DNA from: an uncultured Bacteroidales bacterium
GTDB lineage: Bacteria; Bacteroidota; Bacteroidia; Bacteroidales; Paludibacteraceae
Assembly (NCBI GenBank): GCA_934667275.1
Contig: CAKULK010000005.1
Coordinates: forward strand, 73,167-137,166
DNA: 64,000 nucleotides
Direction of reading: 5' to 3'
The notes under the pieces: model-generated
Database searches by the model: none
The model's input: the letters and a program-made list of their open reading frames with translations, nothing else
Told to the model about the DNA's origin: nothing
Shown: in pieces, positions 40,535 to 50,471 of the stretch
Layout of the letters: the number at the start of each line of letters is the position of its first letter
Numbering within the stretch: position 1 is the stretch's first letter
Program-made: the position numbers and the translations under genes

Positions 40535-42661
40535 ATGAATATCTATCTTTCACACCGTCACACAAGTGCCTTCATAACGGCTTTATTTGCCTTCGCGCTT
40601 GTCTTTTTATCGGCATGTGGCAATGCCAAACCCGCCACCACAGCGGTAGAGGACCGCAATGCCGACACGCAGAACCCTATTATGCCTATTCACTACAAGG
40701 GCTCTTCCACGCACATCGTTCTCACTGATTATCTGCCGCAAACAAGCGTTTCCGACCAAATTTTTTACACCACCGACCCCTCCTACCGCGTCTCCGATGC
40801 CGCCAATGGGGAATTCGACCTCATGGGTGACAACACGCTGTCCGTACTCTCTGTACAGGTCAATGGCGCAAATTCCTATGACATTCCTATCCTCCCGCAA
40901 CTACCTGCTGCAGAAGGACTTATCACTGTTTCTTGCACCGACTCAACGGTACTTCTCACCATTCGCAATCCCCATATTCACATAGGCGAATCGCGCATCC
41001 AATGGCGCACTTTTTGGCAAGACATGTGCCTTGGAGCCTATGCCGTCAATTTTGGCGAAGGCGACGAAGTGGCTACCATCCGCCTGCCCAAGGAGTGCCG
41101 TGAGTCCGCCGGACGCAGTTTTTTGCGCGTGTATGCAGTGGCTAACGGGCTGTTGCTCAACGATATATTGGTTCCGTTGCAGGACGGCAAGCCTGTGACG
41201 AATGTTGCGCAACTCACGCGCCACGACGACCAAGCACAAGTGCTGTACTCGCTGATGATTGACCGTTTCCACAACGGCAACAAGGACAACGATTGGAAGA
41301 TGAACAGCCCAGAAGTGCTGGATATTGTTGATTATCAGGGCGGTGACATCAAGGGTATTCAAAAGAAGATAGAGGAGGGTTTCTTCGACGACCTCGGCAT
41401 CACCACGATTTGGATTTCGCCTATCACGCAGAACCCGTGGGACGCATGGGGCATGTATCCGTTCCCCAACGGCAACAAGTACGACCCGACCAAGACCTAC
41501 ACCCGCTACTCTGGTTATCACGGCTATTGGCCTATCTATACCACGGTGATTGACAAGCGTTTCGGCACCGGCGAGGAGTTGCGCGACATGCTGGCGACTG
41601 CCCATGCGCATGGCATCAATGTGGTGCTGGATTATGTGGCGAACCACCTGCATATCGAGTCGCCGGTCTATAAACAGCACCCGACATGGCACACCGACAG
41701 TATTCTGCCTGACGGGCGGCGCAACTTCGAGTTGTGGGACGATGCACGCCTCACCACGTGGTTTGATGTGCATATCCCGACCCTCGACTTGGAGCGCGAA
41801 GACGTGTATATGCCTATGACCGACTCGGCGTTGTATTGGCTTGATAATTACGACTTTGACGGCTTCCGTCACGATGCCTGCAAGCATATCCCCGAATGCT
41901 ATTGGCGCACGCTGGCGCACAAAATGAAGACCCGTTTCCCTGACCGGCATATATGGATGATTGGCGAGACCTACGGGTCACCCGAACTCATCAACACCTA
42001 CGTCAAGAGCGGTATGCTGAACGCGCAGTTCGACTTCAATGTCTATTTCGCAGCCATTCATGCGCTGTGCAACGACGGCAAGATGAGCGACATCGACCAC
42101 GTGGTGCGCGAATCGATGGCAACGTATGGTGCACACCACACAATGGGCTGTATATCAGGCAATCACGACCAAGTGCGCTTTGCTTCGCTGGCTGGTGGCG
42201 GCATTCATTTTTGGGAGGACGGCAAGTATGAGGGTTGGACGCGCGAGGTAGGCCTGCTGCCCAACGACACACCCGCCGAGGAACGCGAGAGTCTTGCCCG
42301 CGAGGCATATCGCCGCGCCTTGCGGTTGGAGATGCTCAACCTCACCATTCCGGGCGTGCCGTGTATCTATCAGGGCGACGAATACGCCGAAGTGGGCGGC
42401 AATGACCCGGACAACCGCCATTGGATGCGCTTCAGCGGGCTCAGCCGGCAGGAGCAGGACTTCCGCGAGCAGGTGAAGAAACTGATAGACATTCGCCGCG
42501 GAAATATGGCACTGATGTACGGCGACTATATCCCCGTCAGCAGCAACGACGACACCATAGAGTTTGAACGCACCTATATGGGCGAAACCATTCACGTAAA
42601 AATAAGCAGAAATGAAGAAAGCAGTATTAGCATTAATGGCAATCGGGCTTTTGTCCTGTAA
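40535..42661 (+). CDS. GH13 alpha-amylase-family lipoprotein with ~230-aa N-terminal accessory domain
   Basis: Lipobox 'LVFLSACGN'. GH13 regions I 'VVLDYVANH', II 'GFRHDACKHI', III 'WMIGETYG' and IV 'GNHDQVRF'. Confidence 0.8.
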   Translation: MNIYLSHRHTSAFITALFAFALVFLSACGNAKPATTAVEDRNADTQNPIMPIHYKGSSTHIVLTDYLPQTSVSDQIFYTTDPSYRVSDAANGEFDLMGDNTLSVLSVQVNGANSYDIPILPQLPAAEGLITVSCTDSTVLLTIRNPHIHIGESRIQWRTFWQDMCLGAYAVNFGEGDEVATIRLPKECRESAGRSFLRVYAVANGLLLNDILVPLQDGKPVTNVAQLTRHDDQAQVLYSLMIDRFHNGNKDNDWKMNSPEVLDIVDYQGGDIKGIQKKIEEGFFDDLGITTIWISPITQNPWDAWGMYPFPNGNKYDPTKTYTRYSGYHGYWPIYTTVIDKRFGTGEELRDMLATAHAHGINVVLDYVANHLHIESPVYKQHPTWHTDSILPDGRRNFELWDDARLTTWFDVHIPTLDLEREDVYMPMTDSALYWLDNYDFDGFRHDACKHIPECYWRTLAHKMKTRFPDRHIWMIGETYGSPELINTYVKSGMLNAQFDFNVYFAAIHALCNDGKMSDIDHVVRESMATYGAHHTMGCISGNHDQVRFASLAGGGIHFWEDGKYEGWTREVGLLPNDTPAEERESLAREAYRRALRLEMLNLTIPGVPCIYQGDEYAEVGGNDPDNRHWMRFSGLSRQEQDFREQVKKLIDIRRGNMALMYGDYIPVSSNDDTIEFERTYMGETIHVKISRNEESSISINGNRAFVL

Positions 42662-43721
42662 TGGTTGCAACACCCCTCCCGACAACGAGAACAACCAACA
42701 GCCCTCCAACGACGACCCTTACATACCTGCACCCGTAGGCTCCTACGCCAAAGGGGCGGACATCTCATGGCTCACCGAGCAGGAGAATGACGGGGTGCTC
42801 TTCTACGACAGCCTTGGCAACGCCACCGAGTGCATACGACTTTTGCGCGACAATGGCATGAACAGCGTCCGTCTGCGCGTCTGGGTCAACCACTCCACGG
42901 GCTGGTGCAACCTACCTGATGTGCTGGTGAAAGCCAAACGCGCTGCCGATTTGAAGTTGCGAATTATGATAGATTTTCATTACTCCGACTATTTCGCAGA
43001 CCCAAGCAAGCAGAATACACCCGAGGCATGGAAGGACTACGACCTTGCACAACTCACCCAAGCCGTCACCGACCACACCACCGAGGTGCTCACCGCCCTG
43101 CGCGATGCGGGCATCACGCCTGAGTGGATACAGGTCGGCAACGAGACCCGTTGCGGTATGCTGTGGGACACGGGACGTTTGTGGAACGACCAAGGCGACC
43201 TGCCCAACGGTTGGAAGAACTACGCCCAACTCACCACGGCGGGCTACGATGCGTGCAAACAAATCTTTCCCGATGCCCTCGTCATCGTGCATATTGACAA
43301 TGCCTACGAAGACAACAACTGGTTCTTCCGCAAACTGCGCCAGAACGGCGGAAAGTTCGACATGATTGGACTCAGCCACTACCCCATGATGAAAGAGTGG
43401 ACGGGCAAAGACTGGCAGGAGACTAACCAACTGGCAGCCAACAACATAACACGCCTATACAACGAGTTCCGTTGCCCCGTTATGATTGCCGAGATAGGCA
43501 CCCTCTCTGCCCAAGAAGCCACCGCCGTCAAGGTCATCAACGACATGCGCCAACGTGTCGATTCCCTCCCTTATATGAAAGGTATCTTCTACTGGGAGCC
43601 ACAGGTGTATAATAGTTGGCGCCCAAAAGAGTACATCAGCCTCGGCTGGGGAGCCTACAATATGGGAGCATTCACCGCTCAAGGTCAGCCCAACGCCGCC
43701 CTCAAAGCATTATGGAAATAA
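42612..43721 (+). CDS. GH53 arabinogalactan endo-beta-1,4-galactanase (lipoprotein)
   Basis: 'AKGADISWLTEQE...MNSVRLRVWVN...MIDFHYSDYFADP...QVGNETR' matches the GH53 fold and motifs. The start overlaps the upstream GH13 gene by 50 nt. Confidence 0.8.
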   Translation: MKKAVLALMAIGLLSCNGCNTPPDNENNQQPSNDDPYIPAPVGSYAKGADISWLTEQENDGVLFYDSLGNATECIRLLRDNGMNSVRLRVWVNHSTGWCNLPDVLVKAKRAADLKLRIMIDFHYSDYFADPSKQNTPEAWKDYDLAQLTQAVTDHTTEVLTALRDAGITPEWIQVGNETRCGMLWDTGRLWNDQGDLPNGWKNYAQLTTAGYDACKQIFPDALVIVHIDNAYEDNNWFFRKLRQNGGKFDMIGLSHYPMMKEWTGKDWQETNQLAANNITRLYNEFRCPVMIAEIGTLSAQEATAVKVINDMRQRVDSLPYMKGIFYWEPQVYNSWRPKEYISLGWGAYNMGAFTAQGQPNAALKALWK

Positions 43722-43748
43722 ATCATTGTCTATCAATCGTTTAGCACT

Positions 43749-46172
43749 ATGCACACTCTTCTTCTCGCCATCTCCACTCTGCTCACCTCGTGGCAGTTCG
43801 CCTTCGAGCAGACCGACCATCAGATGCCCGCACCCGCCGACAAGGCTTGGCAGCAGGTCACCATCCCCCACGACTGGGCGATATACGGACCATTCGACCG
43901 CCAGAACGACCTGCAGAACGTCACCGTCTGGCAGAACGGCGAGACCTTCCCCTCGCTCAAAACGGGGCGCACGGGCGGTCTCCCCTACATGGGCACCGCG
44001 TGGTACACCACGCACATCGCCCCGCTCACCGCGCCTTCCGACACCGCCACGCAGCGTTACACCCTGCTCTTCGACGGTGCCATGAATGAAGCCGAGGTCT
44101 ATGTCAACGGGCAGAAAGCCGGCTATTGGCCCTACGGCTACAACGCCTTCCACTGCGACATCACGCCCTACCTCCACACCGACGCGCCCAACCTCATCGC
44201 TGTCCGCCTCTGCAACCGCGAGCAGAGCAGCCGCTGGTACCCAGGCGCAGGGCTCTACCGCAACGTGCACCTCATCACCTCGCCGCGCACCCACGTACCC
44301 GTATGGGGCACCCACATCACCACCCCCTACGTCACCGACCGGTTGGCATCCGTCAACCTCCGCACCCGCGTGGACAACGCCCTCGGCAGGCATATCACCC
44401 TCCGCACCACCCTCATCTGCAAAGCCACGGGCGAGGCTGTTGACTCCCTCACCAGCGACTACGACATCCGCCACAACCTCCCGCTCGAGCAGAACTTCAC
44501 CCTCCCCACCCCGCTCCTCTGGTCGCCCGAGACGCCCCACCTCTACGAGGCGCGCACCTCGCTCTACGCCGATAGCGAATGGCAGGAGGATATCATCACC
44601 ACCTTTGGCATTCGCAACGTGCAAATCGTCCCCAACGTGGGTTTCATGCTCAATGGCAAGGTGCGTAAGTTCCAAGGTGTCTGCCTGCACCACGACCTTG
44701 GTCCCCTCGGTGCCGCCGTCAGCCACGATGCCATCCGACGCCAACTGCTTCTGCTGCGCGACATGGGCTGCGACGCCATCCGCACCTCCCATAACATGCC
44801 CGCGCCCGAACTCATCGAACTGTGCGACTCCATGGGCTTCATGGTCATGTGCGAACCCTTCGACGAATGGGACTGGGGCAAGTGCGACAACGGCTACAGC
44901 CGTTTCTTCAACGAATGGGCGGAGCGCGACATGGTGAATATGCTCCACCATTTCCGCAACAACCCGAGCATCGTGATGTGGTCGGTCGGCAACGAAGTCC
45001 CCACCCAATGCGACCCGCAGGGCTATCGCGTGGCGAAGATGCTGCAGGACATCTGCATGCGCGAAGACGGCACGCGCCCTGTCACCGCAGGCATGGACCA
45101 AGTCTCCTGCGTGCTTGAAAACGGCTTCGCGAGCATCCTTCAGGTGGTCGGACTCAACTACCGCCCGCACTGCTATGAGGAGGCGTACCGGCGCACCCCG
45201 CAGCGTCTCGTCCTCGGCAGCGAGACGGCGTCCACCGTCTCCTCGCGCGGCGTCTATCTGCTCCCCGCCCTGCCCGACAACACCGAGACCATCACCAACA
45301 TCGACCACCCGGGCGGCAACAGCCGCACCAACCAGAGTTCTTCCTACGACCTCCAATACTGCCCGTGGAGCAACCTGCCCGATGACGATTTCCGCAACAT
45401 GGACGACTATCCTTGGACCATCGGTCAGTTTGTCTGGACGGGCTTCGACTACCTCGGCGAGCCCTCACCCTACGACACCGATGCTTGGCCCAGCCACTCC
45501 TCCTACTTCGGCATCATCGACCTCGCGGGCATTCCCAAGGACCGCTACTACCTCTACCGCGCCCGGTGGAACACGCGCGACCACACCACCCACCTGCTCC
45601 CCCACTGGAACTGGCACGCGGGCGACACCGTACCCGTTATGGCGTACACCGATGCCGACGAGGGCGAACTCTTCCTCAACGGCATCAGTCTCGGCAAGCG
45701 CACCAAACTCACCCGCGAGCAGGCTCAGGCGGCTGCCGCCAAAGGCGACCCGCTGGCTCTGCAACGCCGCTACCGCCTTATCTGGGACAGCATACCTTGG
45801 CAATCGGGCGAACTGCGTATCGTAACACCCTACGGCGAGGATGTCCGCCGCACCGCCGGCAAACCTCACCACATCGAGATGTACCTCGAGCCGCTCACCA
45901 ACGCCGCTGACAACACCTTACATTTCGTACGCGTGCGCGTGTGCGACGCCGATGGCAACCTCTGCCCCGATGCCGACCAACTCATCCGCTTCGCCACCCG
46001 CGGCACAGGTCGCTTCCGCGCCGCTGCCAACGGCGATGCAGCCAACCTCGACCTCTTCCACCTCCCGCAACACCACGCCTTCTCGGGTGAACTCACTGCC
46101 ATCATCGAAGGCAGTTGCACCCTCACGGCTACCGCCAAAGGATTAAAATCTGCTAAACTCATCATCAACTGA
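43749..46172 (+). CDS. GH2 beta-galactosidase
   Basis: 807 aa. 'WQQVTIPHDWAI' sugar-binding N-terminus, 'NHPSIVMWSVGNE' (acid/base Glu) and 'CEPFDEWDW'. Partners the GH53 galactanase. Confidence 0.85.
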   Translation: MHTLLLAISTLLTSWQFAFEQTDHQMPAPADKAWQQVTIPHDWAIYGPFDRQNDLQNVTVWQNGETFPSLKTGRTGGLPYMGTAWYTTHIAPLTAPSDTATQRYTLLFDGAMNEAEVYVNGQKAGYWPYGYNAFHCDITPYLHTDAPNLIAVRLCNREQSSRWYPGAGLYRNVHLITSPRTHVPVWGTHITTPYVTDRLASVNLRTRVDNALGRHITLRTTLICKATGEAVDSLTSDYDIRHNLPLEQNFTLPTPLLWSPETPHLYEARTSLYADSEWQEDIITTFGIRNVQIVPNVGFMLNGKVRKFQGVCLHHDLGPLGAAVSHDAIRRQLLLLRDMGCDAIRTSHNMPAPELIELCDSMGFMVMCEPFDEWDWGKCDNGYSRFFNEWAERDMVNMLHHFRNNPSIVMWSVGNEVPTQCDPQGYRVAKMLQDICMREDGTRPVTAGMDQVSCVLENGFASILQVVGLNYRPHCYEEAYRRTPQRLVLGSETASTVSSRGVYLLPALPDNTETITNIDHPGGNSRTNQSSSYDLQYCPWSNLPDDDFRNMDDYPWTIGQFVWTGFDYLGEPSPYDTDAWPSHSSYFGIIDLAGIPKDRYYLYRARWNTRDHTTHLLPHWNWHAGDTVPVMAYTDADEGELFLNGISLGKRTKLTREQAQAAAAKGDPLALQRRYRLIWDSIPWQSGELRIVTPYGEDVRRTAGKPHHIEMYLEPLTNAADNTLHFVRVRVCDADGNLCPDADQLIRFATRGTGRFRAAANGDAANLDLFHLPQHHAFSGELTAIIEGSCTLTATAKGLKSAKLIIN

Positions 46173-46254
46173 CAACCGTGCCAAACAGCAAGGGATACGC
46201 AACCCATGCGCAACCCTTACGTAAAGGATAGACAACAAACAAACATAAACAACA

Positions 46255-47613
46255 ATGAAGAAACTCTTAATTTTTGCTCTTGGTCTGCTGGCACTCTCGT
46301 CCTGCACATCCAAGCCGCAGCCATGCTGCCAGCACCGTCACACCGACTGGGCGTACGATGCCACTATCTACGAACTCAACACGCGGCAACTCACCCCCGA
46401 GGGCACCTTTGCCGCTGCCGAAGCCATGCTGCCCGAACTCCGCGACAATGGCATCGACATCATCTGGGTCATGCCATGCCAGCCCATCGGCAAACTCACC
46501 CGCAAGGGCACCCTTGGCAGTTACTACTCTATCGTTGACTATTGCCAAATCAATCCCGAGTTCGGCACACGCGCCGACTTCGAGCATTTCCTCGCCACGG
46601 CGCACCGTCTCGGCTTCAAAGTCATCCTCGACTGGGTGGCTAACCACACCGCGCCCGACAGCCCGTGGACGCTCAACGACGGGTGGCACTACCGCGACAG
46701 CCTCGGCAACCTCATGGTGCAGTACGACTGGACCGACATATCCAAACTCAACTACGACAACGAGGACATGCGCGCCGCTATGAAACAAGCCATGCACTGG
46801 TGGATGGACTCTATCGGCATCGACGGTTTCCGTTGTGATGTCGCCGGCGAAGTGCCCACCGACTTCTGGAACGACGCTATGGCAGAACTCCGCCAGTCGC
46901 ACCCCGACATGTTCACACTCGCCGAGAATGAGGACAAAGCACAGGAACTCACCGAGTCAGCATTCGACATGTACTATGGTTGGGAACTCCACCACCTTAT
47001 GAACGCCGTAGCGCAGGGCAAGAGTACGGTTGACGACCTTTGGGGCTACTTCGCCAAAGTCGATACCACACTCCGCCCCGAGGCTATCCGTATGAATTTC
47101 ACCAGCAACCACGACGAGAACTCATGGAATGGCACCGAGTTCGAGCGTATGGGCGACGGGGCTGAACTCTTCGCTGCCTTCACCTACGTGGTCCCCGGTA
47201 TGCCGATGATTTACACAGGTCAACTCTCCGGCAACCACCACCGCTTGTCGTTCTTTGAGAAAGACGTTATCGACCGCGTCCCCGACGCACCGCAATACGC
47301 TGTTTACAAGAACCTCAACGCTTTCCGTGCCAACAACCGCGCCTTGTACAGCAACGAACTCGGCGCACCCATGCAGCGCATCGAGGCGGACAATGCCAAC
47401 ATCTTCGCCTGTGTTCGCCATCTGGAGTGCAAAAAATGTGGCGACAACACCGTTATCGCCATCATGAATATGTCCTCCGAACCGCAGACCGTCACCCTCA
47501 ATCTGGGCGACTTCGCGGGCGAGTATCAATGTCTGTGCGGGAAAAAGGTGGCGCTCGATGCCAGCCACACCCTAACGCTTGAGCCTTGGCGTTACATGCT
47601 TCTTTCCAAGTAA
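46255..47613 (+). CDS. GH13 alpha-amylase-family lipoprotein
   Basis: Lipobox 'LALSSCTS'. Regions I 'VILDWVANH', II 'GFRCDVAGEV', 'FTLAENED' and IV 'FTSNHDENSW'. Confidence 0.85.
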   Translation: MKKLLIFALGLLALSSCTSKPQPCCQHRHTDWAYDATIYELNTRQLTPEGTFAAAEAMLPELRDNGIDIIWVMPCQPIGKLTRKGTLGSYYSIVDYCQINPEFGTRADFEHFLATAHRLGFKVILDWVANHTAPDSPWTLNDGWHYRDSLGNLMVQYDWTDISKLNYDNEDMRAAMKQAMHWWMDSIGIDGFRCDVAGEVPTDFWNDAMAELRQSHPDMFTLAENEDKAQELTESAFDMYYGWELHHLMNAVAQGKSTVDDLWGYFAKVDTTLRPEAIRMNFTSNHDENSWNGTEFERMGDGAELFAAFTYVVPGMPMIYTGQLSGNHHRLSFFEKDVIDRVPDAPQYAVYKNLNAFRANNRALYSNELGAPMQRIEADNANIFACVRHLECKKCGDNTVIAIMNMSSEPQTVTLNLGDFAGEYQCLCGKKVALDASHTLTLEPWRYMLLSK

Positions 47614-48486
47614 TTTCCGAGCCGCGGCTTGCTCCTCGGTATCTTCGCCGTCAAGAGTCCAATCGTTCTCCACACGGCGCACCGAAAAGCCGTTGTCACC
47701 CTGATACACCAACTCGTAAACTTCGGTTTGCGAGTTGGTTTCGTTATGGTACCCTGCCGCCGTCAGATACAGCGTGTCCTGCGTATGCAGCATATACAAA
47801 TCCGCCAAATCCTCGCTCTCTCTACCCTGCGACAGCATAGTGTTGATAAATCCGTACCGCTCGTAGTTCTCCACCACCTCCGAATAGTAGTAATCGGGAT
47901 ACCCGTAGTACCGCGTGTCTATCACCTCTTTCGTCTCTACGTCCCAGAAATACTTGTCGTTGTTCGACGGAGTCACTATCACTTTCGTCCCTGACCCTGC
48001 CACATCAAATGTAATATCCGACGCCACCGAATCCTTGGTGGTAAAGGGCTGCTTCACGATGGTTTTGATGGGGTGGTTGTGGCGGTTGTAGCACATCACG
48101 CACAGGTAGTAGTTCGTCTCGGGACGCAACAGTGCTTCGCTTCCCTCCATGGTACCGTTGTTCAGCATTTCGCGGAACGAAGGCGCGTCCTCCCCAAGCA
48201 CTTCCTCGTAAATATCCTTCACTATCTCATACAACTCCTTGTACATGCTGTTCAGGCTGTCTATCACTTCCCTTTCGCCTAAGCGGTTATAGTCCGCCAC
48301 AGGCACCGCGTCACACACGTAATAGTAGTCGTACGACTGCGGTGTCACCCTGTACAGCACTCCCGTAGCCTTCGGATAAACGATGTCTATATCTATGGTG
48401 GTGTCCGTTACCTCCACGCGGTTGCAACTTGCCAACGCTGCCAGCAGCAGCGGCAGCAGTATCGCTGTTCGTATAGTCCGTTTCAT
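47572..48486 (-). CDS. Hypothetical lipoprotein (last gene of lipid-related operon)
   Basis: 'LLPLLLAALASCNRVEV' lipobox. 304 aa with no family motif. The 3' end overlaps the convergent GH13 gene by 42 nt. Confidence 0.5.
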   Translation of the reverse strand: MKRTIRTAILLPLLLAALASCNRVEVTDTTIDIDIVYPKATGVLYRVTPQSYDYYYVCDAVPVADYNRLGEREVIDSLNSMYKELYEIVKDIYEEVLGEDAPSFREMLNNGTMEGSEALLRPETNYYLCVMCYNRHNHPIKTIVKQPFTTKDSVASDITFDVAGSGTKVIVTPSNNDKYFWDVETKEVIDTRYYGYPDYYYSEVVENYERYGFINTMLSQGRESEDLADLYMLHTQDTLYLTAAGYHNETNSQTEVYELVYQGDNGFSVRRVENDWTLDGEDTEEQAAARKLLGKKHVTPRLKR

Positions 48487-48495
48487 TATGTTTCC

Positions 48496-49815
48496 TTATT
48501 TCAGTTTCTGTGCCGTCTTGTAGATAAACACTACCGCACCCCTCATATGGGTGCCGTAATGCCCGAAGTCGTACGATACATTCACGGGGTCGGTCTTTTG
48601 CCCTGCCTCACCGTCCGTAGGGTATGCCGTACGGAATTGGTTACGCAGAATATCCGAATTGATATACGGCACCGTTTGGTCGTCTAATGAATGGAACATA
48701 TGCAGCGGAGCCTTCGGCACGAAGTTCGACGGCACGCTGTTCTCCATCAACTCATAATAGAATCGGGCTGTCTCCTCCTTCTCACGGTTCATGGCGTTCT
48801 CTGTCAATATGTCGTGCAAATAATTAGAACCAATCTTCTGATTGATTTCGTTGGTCGTGTATTTCTTCGAGTTCAGCCAATCCTCATAGTTGCTGAGCAA
48901 TGGTTCTTTGAAGAAATACTCCATATCCAACTTCGGCGACATGCCCAGCGACATGCCCTGAATAATCATCGGCACCGCGCAAGGGATTCCCGTTTCGTCC
49001 TGCTCCACACAGAAATCGTATGTCCTTGCCACATCGTACGGACCCGCACCAGCATACACCTGCTTAATCTTGAATTCGTTGGCGTATTCGGGATAAGTCT
49101 CTAACATTCGCATCACGTGCATCGTACATGCACCGCCCTGCGAGTAACCGAACAGGATTATCTCGTCCGACTGTAGCAGCAACTTCCTGTCTTCTATCAG
49201 CGTCATAGCCACACGGGCGATGTCTATCACGTTGCGCCCGCAGGTTTCCGCTTGCAGATACGGGTGCACCTTCTCTTTCGACACGCCGAAACCGATATAA
49301 TCCGCTGCCACCACGCAGTAGCCGTAGGCGGCATAGATCCCCTCAAAACTGTAGGTCTGGCTCGGTGCCTCACGGTCTGCCCCTATCGTATAGTGGCTGG
49401 CGAGTATCACATTGCGTATCTTACCGTCCTTAGGGTAAAAGATTTTGCCTGACACATCTATCGAATCCCCGTTCACATCCACGCTCTTATACGTTACCGC
49501 CACTTGGTGCACCTTTTCGCCAATCACGCCATCGGCCAACTCACGTATCAGGTCCATCGCAGTAATGGGACTCACACGGGCTACGCTGTCCGTCGTATCC
49601 TTGTCGTTGCTCGTCGGCATATCGTTCAGGCACTGGTCTTCGTATGTCTCCCATGGCACATTCGACATATCCTCATCGCCCTCGCTCAGCACCTCATACC
49701 CTACCCTTACCTTGTGGCTGTAGGTGTGGTAACTCCATTCTACATCGCCATGAGAGCAACTCATCATCACGGGCAGCACGCCTAACACTATCCCAAAAAG
49801 ATTCTTTGTTTTCAT
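48496..49815 (-). CDS. Secreted alpha/beta-hydrolase, lipase-like (GxSxG nucleophile elbow)
   Basis: Signal peptide. 'ILFGYSQGGACTMH' pentapeptide elbow. 439 aa, comparable to LIP-family secretory lipases. Confidence 0.6.
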   Translation of the reverse strand: MKTKNLFGIVLGVLPVMMSCSHGDVEWSYHTYSHKVRVGYEVLSEGDEDMSNVPWETYEDQCLNDMPTSNDKDTTDSVARVSPITAMDLIRELADGVIGEKVHQVAVTYKSVDVNGDSIDVSGKIFYPKDGKIRNVILASHYTIGADREAPSQTYSFEGIYAAYGYCVVAADYIGFGVSKEKVHPYLQAETCGRNVIDIARVAMTLIEDRKLLLQSDEIILFGYSQGGACTMHVMRMLETYPEYANEFKIKQVYAGAGPYDVARTYDFCVEQDETGIPCAVPMIIQGMSLGMSPKLDMEYFFKEPLLSNYEDWLNSKKYTTNEINQKIGSNYLHDILTENAMNREKEETARFYYELMENSVPSNFVPKAPLHMFHSLDDQTVPYINSDILRNQFRTAYPTDGEAGQKTDPVNVSYDFGHYGTHMRGAVVFIYKTAQKLK

Positions 49816-49818
49816 ATA

Positions 49819-50427
49819 TCAAAAACGATAACCCGCAGACACGGTCAGTATGCGGGCATTCAACTTATAGATTTCATTCATGTTATTGAAGGCACTCACT
49901 GCCCCCCACTCTGCCGAACCGAACCAGTGTCCGCGTCCTATCGACAAGCCTAATAGGGTGATGCCGAATGCAGGCGCGCAACGGGTCTTCGCGCCGCGGA
50001 AATTCTCCTCTGTGCCGGTATTGATATTCAGTCCCGCATACAACGCGGAATAGATATTCACCCACTCCGAATGGAGATACGTAAACCGTACCGAAGGCAT
50101 AAACATCAGATTCACGTAGTAATGGTCGGGCGCATCGTCCCCTTCCCGCAACACACGCCAGTTCACTTGGTCGTAATCAATGATGCCGCCGAAGGAGAAC
50201 CAATAGCAGCACCTGTACTGATACTCTGCGAATATATGACCCGTATAGCGATAATGGTCTGTATTAAGGTTGGTGTTGGGCTTGGCATGAAACATCGCCG
50301 TCTCAAATATCAGGTCGCCCCACCCCACACGCACTTCATGCTTCATCGTGGCGCGCACAGCCCTTGTCTCCGCCACACACACTAAAGGCACCACCCACAC
50401 CATCATTATCAAAAACAATCTTTTCAT
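49819..50427 (-). CDS. Small outer-membrane beta-barrel protein, PagL/acyloxyacyl-hydrolase-like
   Basis: Signal peptide. 202 aa with amphipathic beta-strand periodicity and C-terminal aromatic 'SAGYRF'. His/Ser pairs ('RGHWFGSAEWG') are reminiscent of the PagL catalytic site. 3-bp gap to the lipase gene. Confidence 0.4.
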   Translation of the reverse strand: MKRLFLIMMVWVVPLVCVAETRAVRATMKHEVRVGWGDLIFETAMFHAKPNTNLNTDHYRYTGHIFAEYQYRCCYWFSFGGIIDYDQVNWRVLREGDDAPDHYYVNLMFMPSVRFTYLHSEWVNIYSALYAGLNINTGTEENFRGAKTRCAPAFGITLLGLSIGRGHWFGSAEWGAVSAFNNMNEIYKLNARILTVSAGYRF

Positions 50428-50471
50428 ATATCAGTTAGGCTTGTTAACTATTAATCATTACCTATTACTTG

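Noticed and set aside
40943-42709. 335-aa and 184-aa antisense ORFs within the GH13 gene
   Set aside because: Opposite strand of a gene with all four GH13 conserved regions.
43710-45356. 548-aa antisense ORF and several Pro/Ala/Arg/Thr-rich overlapping ORFs (44086-45910) across the GH2 gene
   Set aside because: Artefacts of ~65% GC. The plus-frame GH2 protein has conserved catalytic blocks, and the alternative frames are low-complexity.
40535-47613. Interpreting the high GC of the CAZyme block as a horizontally transferred island
   Set aside because: Core genes in the same window (ftsH, M16 peptidase, mutS) are equally GC-rich, so composition alone does not support HGT here.
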